This document shows positions 8,528-18,008 of a DNA stretch of 64,000 nt, in pieces; within the stretch, counting starts at the first letter, position 1, and every line of letters starts with the position of its first letter. Source of the stretch: an uncultured Chryseobacterium sp. (GTDB taxonomy: Bacteria; Bacteroidota; Bacteroidia; Flavobacteriales_F; PHOS-HE28); NCBI GenBank assembly GCA_964476665.1, contig CAYZBO010000003.1, positions 887 to 64,886 on the forward strand, in the 5' to 3' direction. The translations under genes were made by a program, and so were the position numbers. The notes under the pieces were generated by a model. The model was not told where the DNA came from. It did not search any database and was given only the letters and a program-made list of their open reading frames with translations.

Positions 8528-9598
8528 TCAATGCAAGCGCCTTGCCAGATCTTCCAAGGCCTTATCCAGCAGCGCGTGCTGCATGGGTGTGGAGCGCGGC
8601 GTGTGAGCAGGAAGCGCGGCCAGGGCTTCGGTCAGCTCGAGGCGATCCTGGCTGCGCACCACATGGTGGCCGAGCGGCGCGTGCAGGCGGCCGAGGTATT
8701 CCTGCTCGGCCTGGCCCGGGGTGGGGATGAGCACCGCCGCGCGACCGAGCGCCTCGAGGTCCATGAGCGTGGTGTAGCCCGTGCGGGTGACGATGTGGCG
8801 GGCGTGCAGCAGGTGTGCGTTGAGCAGGGCGGCGGACAGGTGCGGCACCAGGTGCACGGCGCCGTGTACTTCGGCCGAACCACCATGCGGCAGTCCGCGC
8901 ACCAGGAGGTGGCGGCCGGGGATCTCCTTCAACTGCTGTACGAGGCGCTGCTCCAACAGTCCACGCTGCGGCTCCGGCCCGCTGATCACGGCCACCACAT
9001 CGTAGCGCTCGCCCGGTGCGGGTACATCGGTGCGCATGCGGCTGAGCGTGCCGATGTGCCGCGCGTTGGCGGGCATGTCGTTGCCGTGGGAGAGCGCTCC
9101 GGCGAGGCCCGGCGCGTGGGGATGGTCCACCACCCAGCACTGGTCGAAGGCGGCAAGGTGGTACCGGTTGATGCGTCGCAGCATCCCTTGGGCCGCTGGG
9201 GTGAAGGGGAAGACCTGGTGGGTGAGAACCACGTTGGGAAGTCCCGCGTCACGCAGCCCGAAGCGTTGGTCGCTGATCACGGCATCGAGACGCATCCGAC
9301 GTCGAAGGGCCTGCAGCAGGGCGCGTTCCTGGGACACGCTGCGTACCATGCGTGGGAACTGACGCACCATGCTCCACAGCTGCCGGTCACTGGCGCTGTA
9401 GCGGATCACCGGTCCGGGCAGTACCACGTGCTCCAGTGTGGGGAACTCATCGCGCAGCAAGACCAGTGGACCCCGGTCGGCACCGATCACCGGAACGGCG
9501 TCCAGCTCAAGCAGCCGACCGATGATGGGGATGCAGCGGGTGGCGTGCCCCAAGCCCCAATCGAGCGGGGCCACCAGGATGCGTGCACCGTGGAACAT
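8528..9598 (-). CDS. glycosyltransferase (MurG-like / GT28-like fold)
   Basis: N-terminal GLGHATR motif and C-terminal PTPGQAEQ sugar-nucleotide binding motif, 356 aa. Confidence 0.7.
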   Translation of the reverse strand: MFHGARILVAPLDWGLGHATRCIPIIGRLLELDAVPVIGADRGPLVLLRDEFPTLEHVVLPGPVIRYSASDRQLWSMVRQFPRMVRSVSQERALLQALRRRMRLDAVISDQRFGLRDAGLPNVVLTHQVFPFTPAAQGMLRRINRYHLAAFDQCWVVDHPHAPGLAGALSHGNDMPANARHIGTLSRMRTDVPAPGERYDVVAVISGPEPQRGLLEQRLVQQLKEIPGRHLLVRGLPHGGSAEVHGAVHLVPHLSAALLNAHLLHARHIVTRTGYTTLMDLEALGRAAVLIPTPGQAEQEYLGRLHAPLGHHVVRSQDRLELTEALAALPAHTPRSTPMQHALLDKALEDLARRLH

Positions 9599-9852
9599 GT
9601 TGCTGACAAAGGTGAGGGGTGCTGCTTCAAGCCAGTGTTAAGGCACTGCAATATCGTGCGCATCCCTTCACCCGTGCTTCACGCTATTTTCGCGGCCCTT
9701 GTGGGTGGGGTTCGGGGTTCGTTCATCGTTCATCGTTGTTCGTTGTTCGGGTTGCGCTCCGCTGGCGATCAGCGCCAACTGAACAGGTCAGCACGACCCT
9801 CGACCCTCGATCCTCCCCCTCGAACACCGACCAACGAACTCCGTCACCCTCC

Positions 9853-10533
9853 ATGGGCAAGAACAAGATCGCGCGTTTCGCCGAGAACCTGACCTTCACG
9901 CATGTGGTGCAGCCCACCTTCACCCAATTGGTGACCGAGGGACTGCCGCAGCGGGGGCGGTGGAACGCCATGTTGTTCGGTCGCGAAGCGCCCCTGGTGC
10001 TGGAACTGGGTTGTGGAGGTGGCGAGTACACGGTGGGCCTCGCCCGAATGCATCCGGAGCGCAATTACCTGGGCGTGGACATCAAGGGTGCGCGGTTGTG
10101 GCGGGGTGCGCGCACGGCCAAGGAGGAAGGGCTCACCAACGTGGGCTTCCTGCGCACCCACGTGGATCACCTGCTGAAGTGCTTCGGTCCGCAGGAGGTG
10201 GACGAGATCTGGCTCACCTTCAGTGACCCGCAGCTCGGCAAGCCACGCAAACGCCTCACCAGTCCGTTGTTCCTGGCGCGTTACAAGGAGGTGCTGAAGC
10301 CCGGTGGCGTCATCCACCTGAAGACCGACAGTCCCGACCTGTACGAATACACGTTGGAGATGATCGCGGAGCACAAGCTGCCCATCTTCGAGCAGAGCGC
10401 GAACGTGTACGCTGACCTGGTGCATCGTGTCCCAGCGGAGGAGCAGGCCGTGCTGAACATCCGGACGTACTATGAGCAGATGTGGTTGGAAGAGGGGAGG
10501 ACCATCCACTATGTGCGGTTCGGGTTGGGGTGA
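9853..10533 (+). CDS. trmB: tRNA (guanine46-N7)-methyltransferase
   Basis: LELGCGGGEYTVGLA SAM-binding motif and TrmB core. The track ORF begins at 9619, but the first plausible Met (MGKNKIARF) is at 9853. Confidence 0.85.
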   Translation: MGKNKIARFAENLTFTHVVQPTFTQLVTEGLPQRGRWNAMLFGREAPLVLELGCGGGEYTVGLARMHPERNYLGVDIKGARLWRGARTAKEEGLTNVGFLRTHVDHLLKCFGPQEVDEIWLTFSDPQLGKPRKRLTSPLFLARYKEVLKPGGVIHLKTDSPDLYEYTLEMIAEHKLPIFEQSANVYADLVHRVPAEEQAVLNIRTYYEQMWLEEGRTIHYVRFGLG

Positions 10534-10617
10534 ACGCACCAACATGGATCGCGGCAGCTGTAGTCGAGCAAATGGGTCGACCTTAGTAGGCGCCACAACA
10601 ACCGATACATCGATCCC

Positions 10618-10986
10618 ATGCCCAAGCGCAACGTCATAAACGATGCGGTCCAGGAACGCGACTTCTTCGCGGACGTGATGGCCGTTGTGCGCCGGATCCC
10701 CCGCGGCCGGGTGACCAGCTACGGCGCCATTGCGAAATACCTCGGTGCGGCCCGCAGCAGCCGCATGGTGGGCTATTGCATGAACAACAGCCACCGCGTG
10801 CGTCCGGCGGTCCCCGCGCACCGTGTGGTGAACCGCAACGGACTGCTCACCGGCAAGCACCACTTTTCCACGCCCACCCGCATGCAGGAATTGCTGCAAA
10901 AGGAAGGGGTGCGGGTGAAGGACGATCAGGTGGTGGACTTCGCGCGTCGCTTCTGGGACCCGGGGGTGGAACTGGAGCTTGAATGA
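10618..10986 (+). CDS. MGMT-family DNA-binding protein (methylated-DNA-protein-cysteine methyltransferase C-terminal domain-like / Atl-like)
   Basis: 122 aa with the ...RIPRGRVTSYGAIA...HRVV... helix-turn-helix region characteristic of the MGMT/YbaZ family. Confidence 0.75.
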   Translation: MPKRNVINDAVQERDFFADVMAVVRRIPRGRVTSYGAIAKYLGAARSSRMVGYCMNNSHRVRPAVPAHRVVNRNGLLTGKHHFSTPTRMQELLQKEGVRVKDDQVVDFARRFWDPGVELELE

Positions 10987-11040
10987 GTTTCCGCGCGTCA
11001 CGGCATTTGTGTATCTTCATGGTACCAAAATCCGTGGGCC

Positions 11041-11493
11041 ATGACCATCCGCATCGCGCATGACGACGAGGACGGCACGATCGAGGTACACCCCGATCAG
11101 CGCTTGGTCCGTCTGATCTGGAAGCGGCCGGTGACCGGACAAGCCTACCGGGACCTGCTCGATCGCCTGCTGGAGACCGTCCGTCAGGATGGCATCAAGC
11201 TGTGGCTCAGCGACGGCCGCCGGGCAGGTGCGATCCTCTACGCCGATCAGGTGTGGACCATGCAGGAATACACCCCACAGGTGATCGGCGCAGGCTTGGA
11301 GCGCATTGCCATTGTCAACAGCAAGGACGGCCTCAATCTCATCGCGGTGGACAAGCTGGTGAACGCCACGCCTTCCGAAGCCCCCTATGATGTGGCCTTC
11401 TTTGAGGATCCGGCCATCGCCCAGTTGTGGCTGATGGACCCAGCAAGGCGTTCACAACCGGTTGGTACGCCCTCCAGCGGCGGTCCAAAATGA
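11041..11493 (+). CDS. hypothetical protein
   Basis: 150-aa ORF with uniform native composition and no family recognised (possibly STAS-like). Confidence 0.45.
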   Translation: MTIRIAHDDEDGTIEVHPDQRLVRLIWKRPVTGQAYRDLLDRLLETVRQDGIKLWLSDGRRAGAILYADQVWTMQEYTPQVIGAGLERIAIVNSKDGLNLIAVDKLVNATPSEAPYDVAFFEDPAIAQLWLMDPARRSQPVGTPSSGGPK

Positions 11494-11532
11494 ACCCCTG
11501 TGCCTGGCAGGCGTTAATTTTGCGTTCCCATC

Positions 11533-12615
11533 ATGAGCATCAGCAAGGACGCCGTCCTCTCCGCCCTGTCCCGCATCATCGAACCCGACCTGAAGAAGGA
11601 CATCGTGGCGCTCGATCTGGTGCGCGACATCAAGATCTCAGGCAACACCGTGAGCGTGCACGTGGAGGTCAGCAACCCTGCCATGCACAGCCGAAAGCGC
11701 ATGGAGGAGGCGGTTACCTTCAACTTGAAGCAGGTGCTGGGACAGGAGGTGGCGGTGATGGCCACTGTGACGCCGCTGAGCGGTGAGCGCGGCAACCTGC
11801 GCAAGGTGCTGCCCGGTGTGAAGCACATCGTGGCCATCGCCAGCGGCAAGGGTGGTGTGGGCAAGAGCACGATCACGGCCAACCTCGCAGCGGGCCTGGC
11901 GGCGCGCGGTCTCAAGGTGGGCCTGGTGGATGCCGACATCTACGGCCCCAGCATGCCGCTGATGTTCGATGTGTTGCACGAGAGGCCCGGAACGACGGAG
12001 AAGAACGGCAAGCACTGGATCTTGCCTGTGGAGAGCTACGGCGTGAAGCTCCTGAGCATCGGCTTCTTCGCTCAGACCGACCAGGCCATCGCCTGGCGCG
12101 GGCCCATGGCCACCAAGGCGCTGGAGCAGATGATCAAGGATGTGGATTGGGGTGAACTGGACGTGATGCTCGTGGACCTGCCTCCCGGCACCGGGGACAT
12201 CCACCTCTCGCTGGTACAGGCCGTGCCGCTCACCGGTGCCATCATCGTAAGCACACCGCAGAACGTGGCGCTCATCGATGCACGCAAGGGTGTTGGCCTC
12301 TTCCGCCTGCCCAGCGTGAACGTGCCGGTGCTGGGCATCGTGGAGAACATGGCATGGTTCACTCCTGCGGAATTGCCGGAGAACAAGTACCACATCTTCG
12401 GCAAGGGTGGCGCAAAGGCCCTGGCCGAAGAGCTTCAGGTGCCTTTCCTCGCAGAGGTTCCGCTGGTGCAGAGCATCCGTGAGGCCGGTGATGTGGGCCG
12501 TCCGGCCGTATTGCAAGGAGATACCCCCGCCGCCCGGCCTTTTGCCGACCTTTGTGCGGCGTTCCAACAGCGTCTGCAGGCGCTTGAGCAGGAGCGCACA
12601 GCTGTCACCGCCTGA
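11533..12615 (+). CDS. apbC: Fe-S cluster carrier ATPase Mrp/ApbC/NBP35 family
   Basis: N-terminal DUF59-like domain plus the deviant Walker A motif AIASGKGGVGKSTIT. Confidence 0.9.
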   Translation: MSISKDAVLSALSRIIEPDLKKDIVALDLVRDIKISGNTVSVHVEVSNPAMHSRKRMEEAVTFNLKQVLGQEVAVMATVTPLSGERGNLRKVLPGVKHIVAIASGKGGVGKSTITANLAAGLAARGLKVGLVDADIYGPSMPLMFDVLHERPGTTEKNGKHWILPVESYGVKLLSIGFFAQTDQAIAWRGPMATKALEQMIKDVDWGELDVMLVDLPPGTGDIHLSLVQAVPLTGAIIVSTPQNVALIDARKGVGLFRLPSVNVPVLGIVENMAWFTPAELPENKYHIFGKGGAKALAEELQVPFLAEVPLVQSIREAGDVGRPAVLQGDTPAARPFADLCAAFQQRLQALEQERTAVTA

Positions 12616-12618
12616 ACC

Positions 12619-12873
12619 ATGGACCAACAGGAGACCATTGCACGCATCGAATCCGCGCTCGCGGACCTGCGTCCCTTTTTGGAGGCGGACGGTGGCAACA
12701 TCACCTTGGAGGAGGTGACCGGTGATGGCATCGCCCGCGTACGGCTGCACGGCGCTTGTACGAACTGTGCCATGAGCACCATGACCATGAAGGCCGGCGT
12801 GGAGGAGGCCATCAAACGCGTGGCCCCGCAGATCAAGGCCGTGGAGGCCGTGAACCTGGGAGCGGTGGTGTGA
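12619..12873 (+). CDS. NifU-like Fe-S cluster scaffold (Nfu C-terminal domain)
   Basis: 84 aa with the CTNCAMS... (CxxC) Nfu motif. It starts 4 bp after apbC. Confidence 0.85.
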   Translation: MDQQETIARIESALADLRPFLEADGGNITLEEVTGDGIARVRLHGACTNCAMSTMTMKAGVEEAIKRVAPQIKAVEAVNLGAVV

Positions 12874-12974
12874 GCGGTCGAACTTCAATGGCCCTCGCTT
12901 GTTCAACAGGGACGGTGTGACCGGCATCACGCCCCACCCACCCCCCCGCGCCTACCTTTGCGGCGCATTTCCCC

Positions 12975-14843
12975 ATGGAAACTCCCACCCGGACCAAGAC
13001 CGTCGAGGAACGACGCAACGTGGTCATCCTCTTCGCTGGCGACAGCGGTGACGGCATCCAGCTCACCGGCACCCAGTTCACCGACACCAACGCGCTGTTC
13101 GGCAACGACGTCAGCACCTTCCCCAATTTTCCCGCCGAGATCCGCGCACCGCAGGGCACCCTCGCCGGTGTGAGCGGCTACCAGCTCCACTTCGGAAGCA
13201 CCGAGATCTTCACGCCCGGCGACCAGTGCGACGTGCTGGTGGTGATGAACGCCGCCGCCCTCAAGGCCAACCTGGGCAAGCTCAAGAAGAGCGGCATCAT
13301 CATCGCCAACAGCGATGGCTTCGATGCCAAGAATCTGCGCCTGGCCGGCTACATCGACCAGCAGGACCCGCTCACCGACGGCACCCTGGCCAACTACACC
13401 GTGCATGCGGTGGACGTGACCAAGATGACCCGCAATGCCCTGGCGGACACCACCCTGGGCATGAAGGAGAAGGACCGCTGCAAGAACATGTTCGTGCTGG
13501 GCTTCATCAACTGGATGTTCAGCCGGAGCCTGGAGAACAGCGAACGGTTCCTTCAGGAGAAGTTCGGGAAGAAGCCGGAGCTGCTCGATGCCAACCGCCG
13601 GGCGCTGCTCGCTGGCTTCAACTACGGCGACACCAGCGAGACCTTCACCACGCGCTTCGATGTGCGTCCGGCACCGCTGCCCAAGGGCACCTACCGCAGC
13701 ATCACCGGCAACCAGGGCATCGCACTGGGGCTCGTCGCTGCGGCGCAGAAGGCCGGGCTCGACATGTTCTACGGGAGCTATCCCATCACGCCGGCCAGCG
13801 ACATCCTGCACGAACTGGCCCGCCACAAGAATTTCGGCGTGAAGACCTTCCAGGCCGAGGATGAGATCGCGGCGATCTGCTCGGCCATCGGCGCCAGCTA
13901 TGGTGGTGCGCTCGGTGTTACGGCCAGCAGCGGGCCGGGCATCGCGCTGAAGGGCGAAGCGATGGGGCTTGCCTTCATGCTGGAGATCCCGCTGGTGATC
14001 GTGAACGTGCAACGCGGAGGTCCCAGCACGGGTCTGCCCACGAAAACGGAACAAGCGGACCTCTGGCAGGCCATCCACGGCCGCAACGGCGAGGCGCCCA
14101 TCCCCGTGCTGGCCGCCAGCAGCCCCACGGATTGCTTCGAGATGGCCTTTGAGGCCGTGCGCATCGCCGTGGAGCACATGACGCCGGTGATCCTGCTCAG
14201 CGACGGCTACATCGCCAATGGTGCGGAGCCTTGGCGTTTTCCGCAGGCGAGCGACCTGCAGGCCATCACCCCGCCGTTCGCAGCTCCGCGCACGAACGAC
14301 GAGCAGGAGAAGTTCCTTCCGTACAAGCGGGATGGCAAAGGCGTCCGTCCCTGGGCCGTGCCCGGCATGAAGGGCCTGCAGCACCGCATCGGCGGCATCG
14401 AGAAGGAGGACGGCACCGGCAACATCAGCTACGAACCGCTGAACCACGAGAAGATGGTGCGCCTGCGGGCCGAGAAGGTGCGCAAGGTGGTGGAGGGCGT
14501 TCCTCCGCTGGACCTGAGCAATGGCGTGGAGAGCGGTGACCTGCTCATCCTCGGCTGGGGCAGCACCTACGGCGCCATCAAGACGGCCGTGAACGAGCTC
14601 TGCGCCGAAGGCCAGTGCGTGGGCCATGTGCACCTGCGCTACCTGTTCCCCTTCCGCAAGGAGCTGGGCGAGCTGATCTCCCGCTTCAAGCGCGTGCTGA
14701 TACCCGAGATGAACAGCGGCCAGCTCCGCCAGCTCATCCGCGCCGAGTTCCTCGTGGATGCCAAAGGCCTGAACAAGATCCAGGGCATGCCCTTCACCGC
14801 AGCGGAGATCAAGGCCGCCGCGCTCGAACACCTCAAGCAATGA
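12975..14843 (+). CDS. korA: 2-oxoglutarate/2-oxoacid:ferredoxin oxidoreductase subunit alpha
   Basis: 622 aa with full-length similarity to KorA/OorA (fused alpha-gamma type). Confidence 0.9.
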   Translation: METPTRTKTVEERRNVVILFAGDSGDGIQLTGTQFTDTNALFGNDVSTFPNFPAEIRAPQGTLAGVSGYQLHFGSTEIFTPGDQCDVLVVMNAAALKANLGKLKKSGIIIANSDGFDAKNLRLAGYIDQQDPLTDGTLANYTVHAVDVTKMTRNALADTTLGMKEKDRCKNMFVLGFINWMFSRSLENSERFLQEKFGKKPELLDANRRALLAGFNYGDTSETFTTRFDVRPAPLPKGTYRSITGNQGIALGLVAAAQKAGLDMFYGSYPITPASDILHELARHKNFGVKTFQAEDEIAAICSAIGASYGGALGVTASSGPGIALKGEAMGLAFMLEIPLVIVNVQRGGPSTGLPTKTEQADLWQAIHGRNGEAPIPVLAASSPTDCFEMAFEAVRIAVEHMTPVILLSDGYIANGAEPWRFPQASDLQAITPPFAAPRTNDEQEKFLPYKRDGKGVRPWAVPGMKGLQHRIGGIEKEDGTGNISYEPLNHEKMVRLRAEKVRKVVEGVPPLDLSNGVESGDLLILGWGSTYGAIKTAVNELCAEGQCVGHVHLRYLFPFRKELGELISRFKRVLIPEMNSGQLRQLIRAEFLVDAKGLNKIQGMPFTAAEIKAAALEHLKQ

Positions 14844-15883
14844 CCACCGCCACCGAAGTGATCAACGGCAGCAGTGCCCCTGCGAAACTGGACTATGCCT
14901 CCGACCAGGAGGTGCGCTGGTGTCCCGGCTGCGGCGACTATTCCATTCTGAAGCAGGTGGAGACCGTGCTCAAGGAGAAGGGTCTCCCGAAGGAGGACAT
15001 CGTGTTCATTAGTGGCATCGGCTGCAGCTCGCGCTTCCCATACTACCTGGACACCTTCGGCATGCACAGCATCCATGGCCGTGCACCCGCCATCGTCAGC
15101 GGCCTGCGCGCCGTGCGTCCCGACCTCAGCGTGTGGATGATCACCGGCGACGGTGACTCGCTCAGCATCGGCGGCAACCACCTCATCCACCTGCTGCGCC
15201 GCAACGTGGACGTGAACGTGCTGCTCTTCAACAACGAGATCTACGGCCTCACCAAGGGGCAGTACTCGCCCACCTCGCCCGAAGGCGCCGTGACGAAGAG
15301 CACGCCCATGGGCAGCGTGGACCATCCCTTCAACCCGCTTGCCCTGTGCAAGGGCGCCGATGCCACCTTCCTGGCCCGCGCCATGGACCGCGACCCCAAG
15401 CACCTGCGCGAGGTCCTGCTGGCCGCCGATGCACATCGCGGCACCAGCCTCATCGAGATCTACCAGAACTGCAACGTCTTCAACGACGGCGCCTTCGAGG
15501 TCTTCACCGAGAAGGCCAGCAAGCCCTTCCACACGCTCTTCGTGGAGCACGGCAAGCCGCTGGTCTTCGCCAATGGCACCAAGGGCATCAAGCTCGACGG
15601 CATGACGCCGGTGATCGTGGACCTCACCGATGGCACCGCCACCCTGGCGGACCTCTGGGTGCACGACCAGCACGACAGCTTCAAGGCCAGCATCCTGGTG
15701 CGTCTCTTCGAGGACCCGCGCCACGAGGGGGCCATGCCGCGGCCCTTCGGTGTGTTCTATGTGGCGCAACGTTCCACGGTGGAGGAGCGCATCAACGAGC
15801 AGGTGACGCAGGCCAAGGCGAAGAAGGGGGTGGGTGATCTGGATGCGTTGCTGCGCGGGGAGCGCACGTGGACGATCGGGTGA
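14840..15883 (+). CDS. korB: 2-oxoglutarate/2-oxoacid:ferredoxin oxidoreductase subunit beta (TPP-binding)
   Basis: MTTATEVINGS...WCPGCGDYSIL Cys motif and TPP-binding region. The ATGA overlap with the korA stop at 14840-14843 supports this start rather than the track start at 14615. Confidence 0.9.
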   Translation: MTTATEVINGSSAPAKLDYASDQEVRWCPGCGDYSILKQVETVLKEKGLPKEDIVFISGIGCSSRFPYYLDTFGMHSIHGRAPAIVSGLRAVRPDLSVWMITGDGDSLSIGGNHLIHLLRRNVDVNVLLFNNEIYGLTKGQYSPTSPEGAVTKSTPMGSVDHPFNPLALCKGADATFLARAMDRDPKHLREVLLAADAHRGTSLIEIYQNCNVFNDGAFEVFTEKASKPFHTLFVEHGKPLVFANGTKGIKLDGMTPVIVDLTDGTATLADLWVHDQHDSFKASILVRLFEDPRHEGAMPRPFGVFYVAQRSTVEERINEQVTQAKAKKGVGDLDALLRGERTWTIG

Positions 15884-15888
15884 ATGTC

Positions 15889-15909
15889 GAACAGGCATCC
15901 TGCCTGTTC
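15889..15909 (+). terminator. putative hairpin terminator after korB (9-bp stem GAACAGGCA/TGCCTGTTC, no T-tract)
   Basis: Hairpin read directly 6 bp after the korB stop. It lacks a U-run, so it is weak. Confidence 0.3.
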
Positions 15910-16006
15910 ACCGCTACGATCGGCCCTGTGCCATACCGGTTGCATGACCCAGGTGTAACGGATCAAGCTCGATGTTGGCGGTATTGTCGAAGGTGTATCG
16001 ACTAGC

Positions 16007-16291
16007 ATGATCGCATTGGCACGCCATATCTTTGATGTGGAAGCACTTGCCATGACCACCGCAGCACTCAAAAAGAGGATCAAGGCCCTTGTGGACAAGG
16101 AGACCAATGATCGCAAGCTCGACAACGTGCTGGCCATGTTCGAGTCGACCGGTATGAGTGCCTCGGACCGCAGGGTCATTGGAGAGGCTGTCGCAGCATC
16201 CGAGGCAGACTACCGTGCAGGCCGCTTCGTGAGCGGCACGGAAGCCCGAAAGCGTGCGAAGCGAACGCTGAAGCGGAAGCGAGCGGCCTAG
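16007..16291 (+). CDS. putative antitoxin of type II TA pair (true start possibly at 16052)
   Basis: Small basic-tailed protein (...RKRAKRTLKRKRAA) placed 4 bp upstream of a RelE/ParE-like ORF. Assignment is by position and size. Confidence 0.4.
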   Translation: MIALARHIFDVEALAMTTAALKKRIKALVDKETNDRKLDNVLAMFESTGMSASDRRVIGEAVAASEADYRAGRFVSGTEARKRAKRTLKRKRAA

Positions 16292-16295
16292 TGCT

Positions 16296-16613
16296 GTGCT
16301 GATGAAGAGGCCGCTGCGGCTGGATGTGTCCAACACAGCGCTCAAGTGTTTGGACGACCTCCTCACCGCGTGGCGCACCTACCATTCCGATGAGCGTGTG
16401 GAAGAACTGGTCGATGAGCTCTACGACCAGGCCGAATGGCTATGCGTCTATCCCCGTGCTGGGGCGGTGGAGGAGTGGTTGAACAAAGGACGATTCCAGT
16501 ACCGGCGATGGGTTGTCGGTCATTTGAAGATCATTTACCGGGTGACGAGGACGGCCGTACGTGTGACCGACTTCTTCGATAGCAGGCAGGATCCGAAGAA
16601 GATGAAGGGTTAG
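16296..16613 (+). CDS. RelE/ParE-family type II toxin
   Basis: 105 aa showing the RelE/ParE pattern (...KIIYRVT...VRVTDFFDSRQDPKKM). Confidence 0.55.
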   Translation: MLMKRPLRLDVSNTALKCLDDLLTAWRTYHSDERVEELVDELYDQAEWLCVYPRAGAVEEWLNKGRFQYRRWVVGHLKIIYRVTRTAVRVTDFFDSRQDPKKMKG

Positions 16614-17006
16614 TTGTACCGATAGGGAGACTCTCCTTCAGTTGGAGCATCCCCCCCCAACAAGGGAACACCACCGCCATCAACGCACTCCTGAACTCCT
16701 CCCTTCACGCCCGCGCCTCTTGCCGTTTCGCTTCCAACTCCATCCACTCCAAGTGCCGGGCCTGTTCCACCAGGTCGCTCACCAAGGAGGCTTGTCACAT
16801 GTGTTTCCGCACCATGCGTTCCACCTTGGGCAGATGCGCATAGAGCTTCACAAGGGCCTTGTGCTGTGGCCCTGATCGCAGTTGGCTGATGATCTCCTGG
16901 TCGCTCATCGGGATCCGTCTTTAACCCTTGATGCGGGAAGAACGGAAAGGTGACCCTCCATCTTTCCCACTGTCCCAAGTTCGACCTTTGCGCGGATCAT
17001 CCGTTC

Positions 17007-17990
17007 ATGCGCCGCCTCGCCACGCTGTTCCTCATCCTTGTGATCGGTGCAGCCTCCAGCGCCACCCACGCCCAATCCTTCGACCTGGAGCAGTTCGATC
17101 AACTCTTCCGCCCTCGGCTGCGGCTGGATGCGCGGTATACGCCCGGCGTGGCCTTCACCGACCGACCAGGGAGCTTCGAGGAGCGTTCGGCCACCGGGGT
17201 GCTCACCATTCCGCTGTGGAAGAAGTGGACCGCCGGCGTGGAGTTGAACCTGCTGGGCGATGGCTGGAAAGAGCTGCTCAAGAACAGTGTGCGCGTGCGG
17301 GCGTCGCAGGTGTTGCTCAATGCACGGTACACGCCGCGTGAACTGCGCATCGGTGATGAGCAGCATACGTTGCGCTCCGCATCCATCGGCGCCTTGGGCA
17401 TCAGCCTCACGAAGAAGTATCGCGTGCTGTTCTGGAGCGTGAACGCGAACGTGAGCGAGGCGGCTGCCACACTGGATCAAGCGGTGCCGCGCTTCAATGG
17501 CATCATCGGCAAGATGCAGGTGAAGGGCCTGCGCCGGCAGGTGTTCTACGGACTGGCCGTGTCGGCGAGCGATGGCTTGAACCTTCCGCTGCCCTTCGTG
17601 GGCGGACAGGAGCCGATGGGAGAGCGCTGGAGCTTCCAGTACATCCTGCCGGTGCAGCTGGCCGTGGGCTACAAGGCGTCGCAACGCACGCGTCTGCTGG
17701 TGGGCGTTGGCGCCGATGGGTTCCGAAGTGGCATCACCTTGGGCGATGAACGGGTGAACCTGAACTACACCGCGCTGCGCAGCTTCATCAACGTACGGCA
17801 CAAACTGTCCAACACGCTTCAGCTGCGTGCCGAGGTGAACGGCCTGCCCGTCCATGCGCTGCGCATCCCCGATGCGAACAAGGACCTGCAACGCTACCCC
17901 GTCGACGCCGGGGTCAACGTGGTTGTGGGCATGAACATCTTCTTTGGCGAAAGCACACTGGAGCGCATCCTGGACGATGTGCTGAAGTGA
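17007..17990 (+). CDS. hypothetical secreted/outer-membrane protein
   Basis: Signal peptide MRRLATLFLILVIGAASSATHAQ with alternating hydrophobic beta-strand-like segments. Preferred over the antisense ORF 16905-17891, which has no signal peptide and a biased composition. Confidence 0.5.
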   Translation: MRRLATLFLILVIGAASSATHAQSFDLEQFDQLFRPRLRLDARYTPGVAFTDRPGSFEERSATGVLTIPLWKKWTAGVELNLLGDGWKELLKNSVRVRASQVLLNARYTPRELRIGDEQHTLRSASIGALGISLTKKYRVLFWSVNANVSEAAATLDQAVPRFNGIIGKMQVKGLRRQVFYGLAVSASDGLNLPLPFVGGQEPMGERWSFQYILPVQLAVGYKASQRTRLLVGVGADGFRSGITLGDERVNLNYTALRSFINVRHKLSNTLQLRAEVNGLPVHALRIPDANKDLQRYPVDAGVNVVVGMNIFFGESTLERILDDVLK

Positions 17991-18008
17991 TCGCGGTGTG
18001 GTGGCTGC

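Noticed and set aside
9619-9852. Upstream extension of the trmB ORF, track start at 9619
   Set aside because: The extension encodes no TrmB-like sequence and spans a region with short tandem repeats (gttcatcgttcatcgttgttcgttgttcg). The conserved TrmB N-terminus begins at the Met at 9853.
9844-15898. Series of long minus-strand ORFs (9844-11001, 11638-12930, 12927-14840, 14639-15898) antisense to trmB, MGMT, apbC, korA and korB
   Set aside because: All are His/Arg/Gly/Ala-rich with no motifs. The sense-strand genes all have strong family signatures.
16798-16908. 37-codon minus-strand mini-ORF MSDQEIISQLRSGPQHKALVKLYAHLPKVERMVRKHM resembling the first helix of ECF sigma-70 region 2
   Set aside because: Terminates after 37 codons with no downstream continuation of a sigma-like frame. 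It is too short to call. It could be a decayed sigma-factor remnant, but the evidence is only a loose N-terminal resemblance.
16905-17891. 328-aa minus-strand ORF overlapping the 17007-17990 plus-strand gene
   Set aside because: No signal peptide or motifs, and Arg/His/Ala-rich. The plus-strand frame has a clean signal peptide and beta-strand periodicity.
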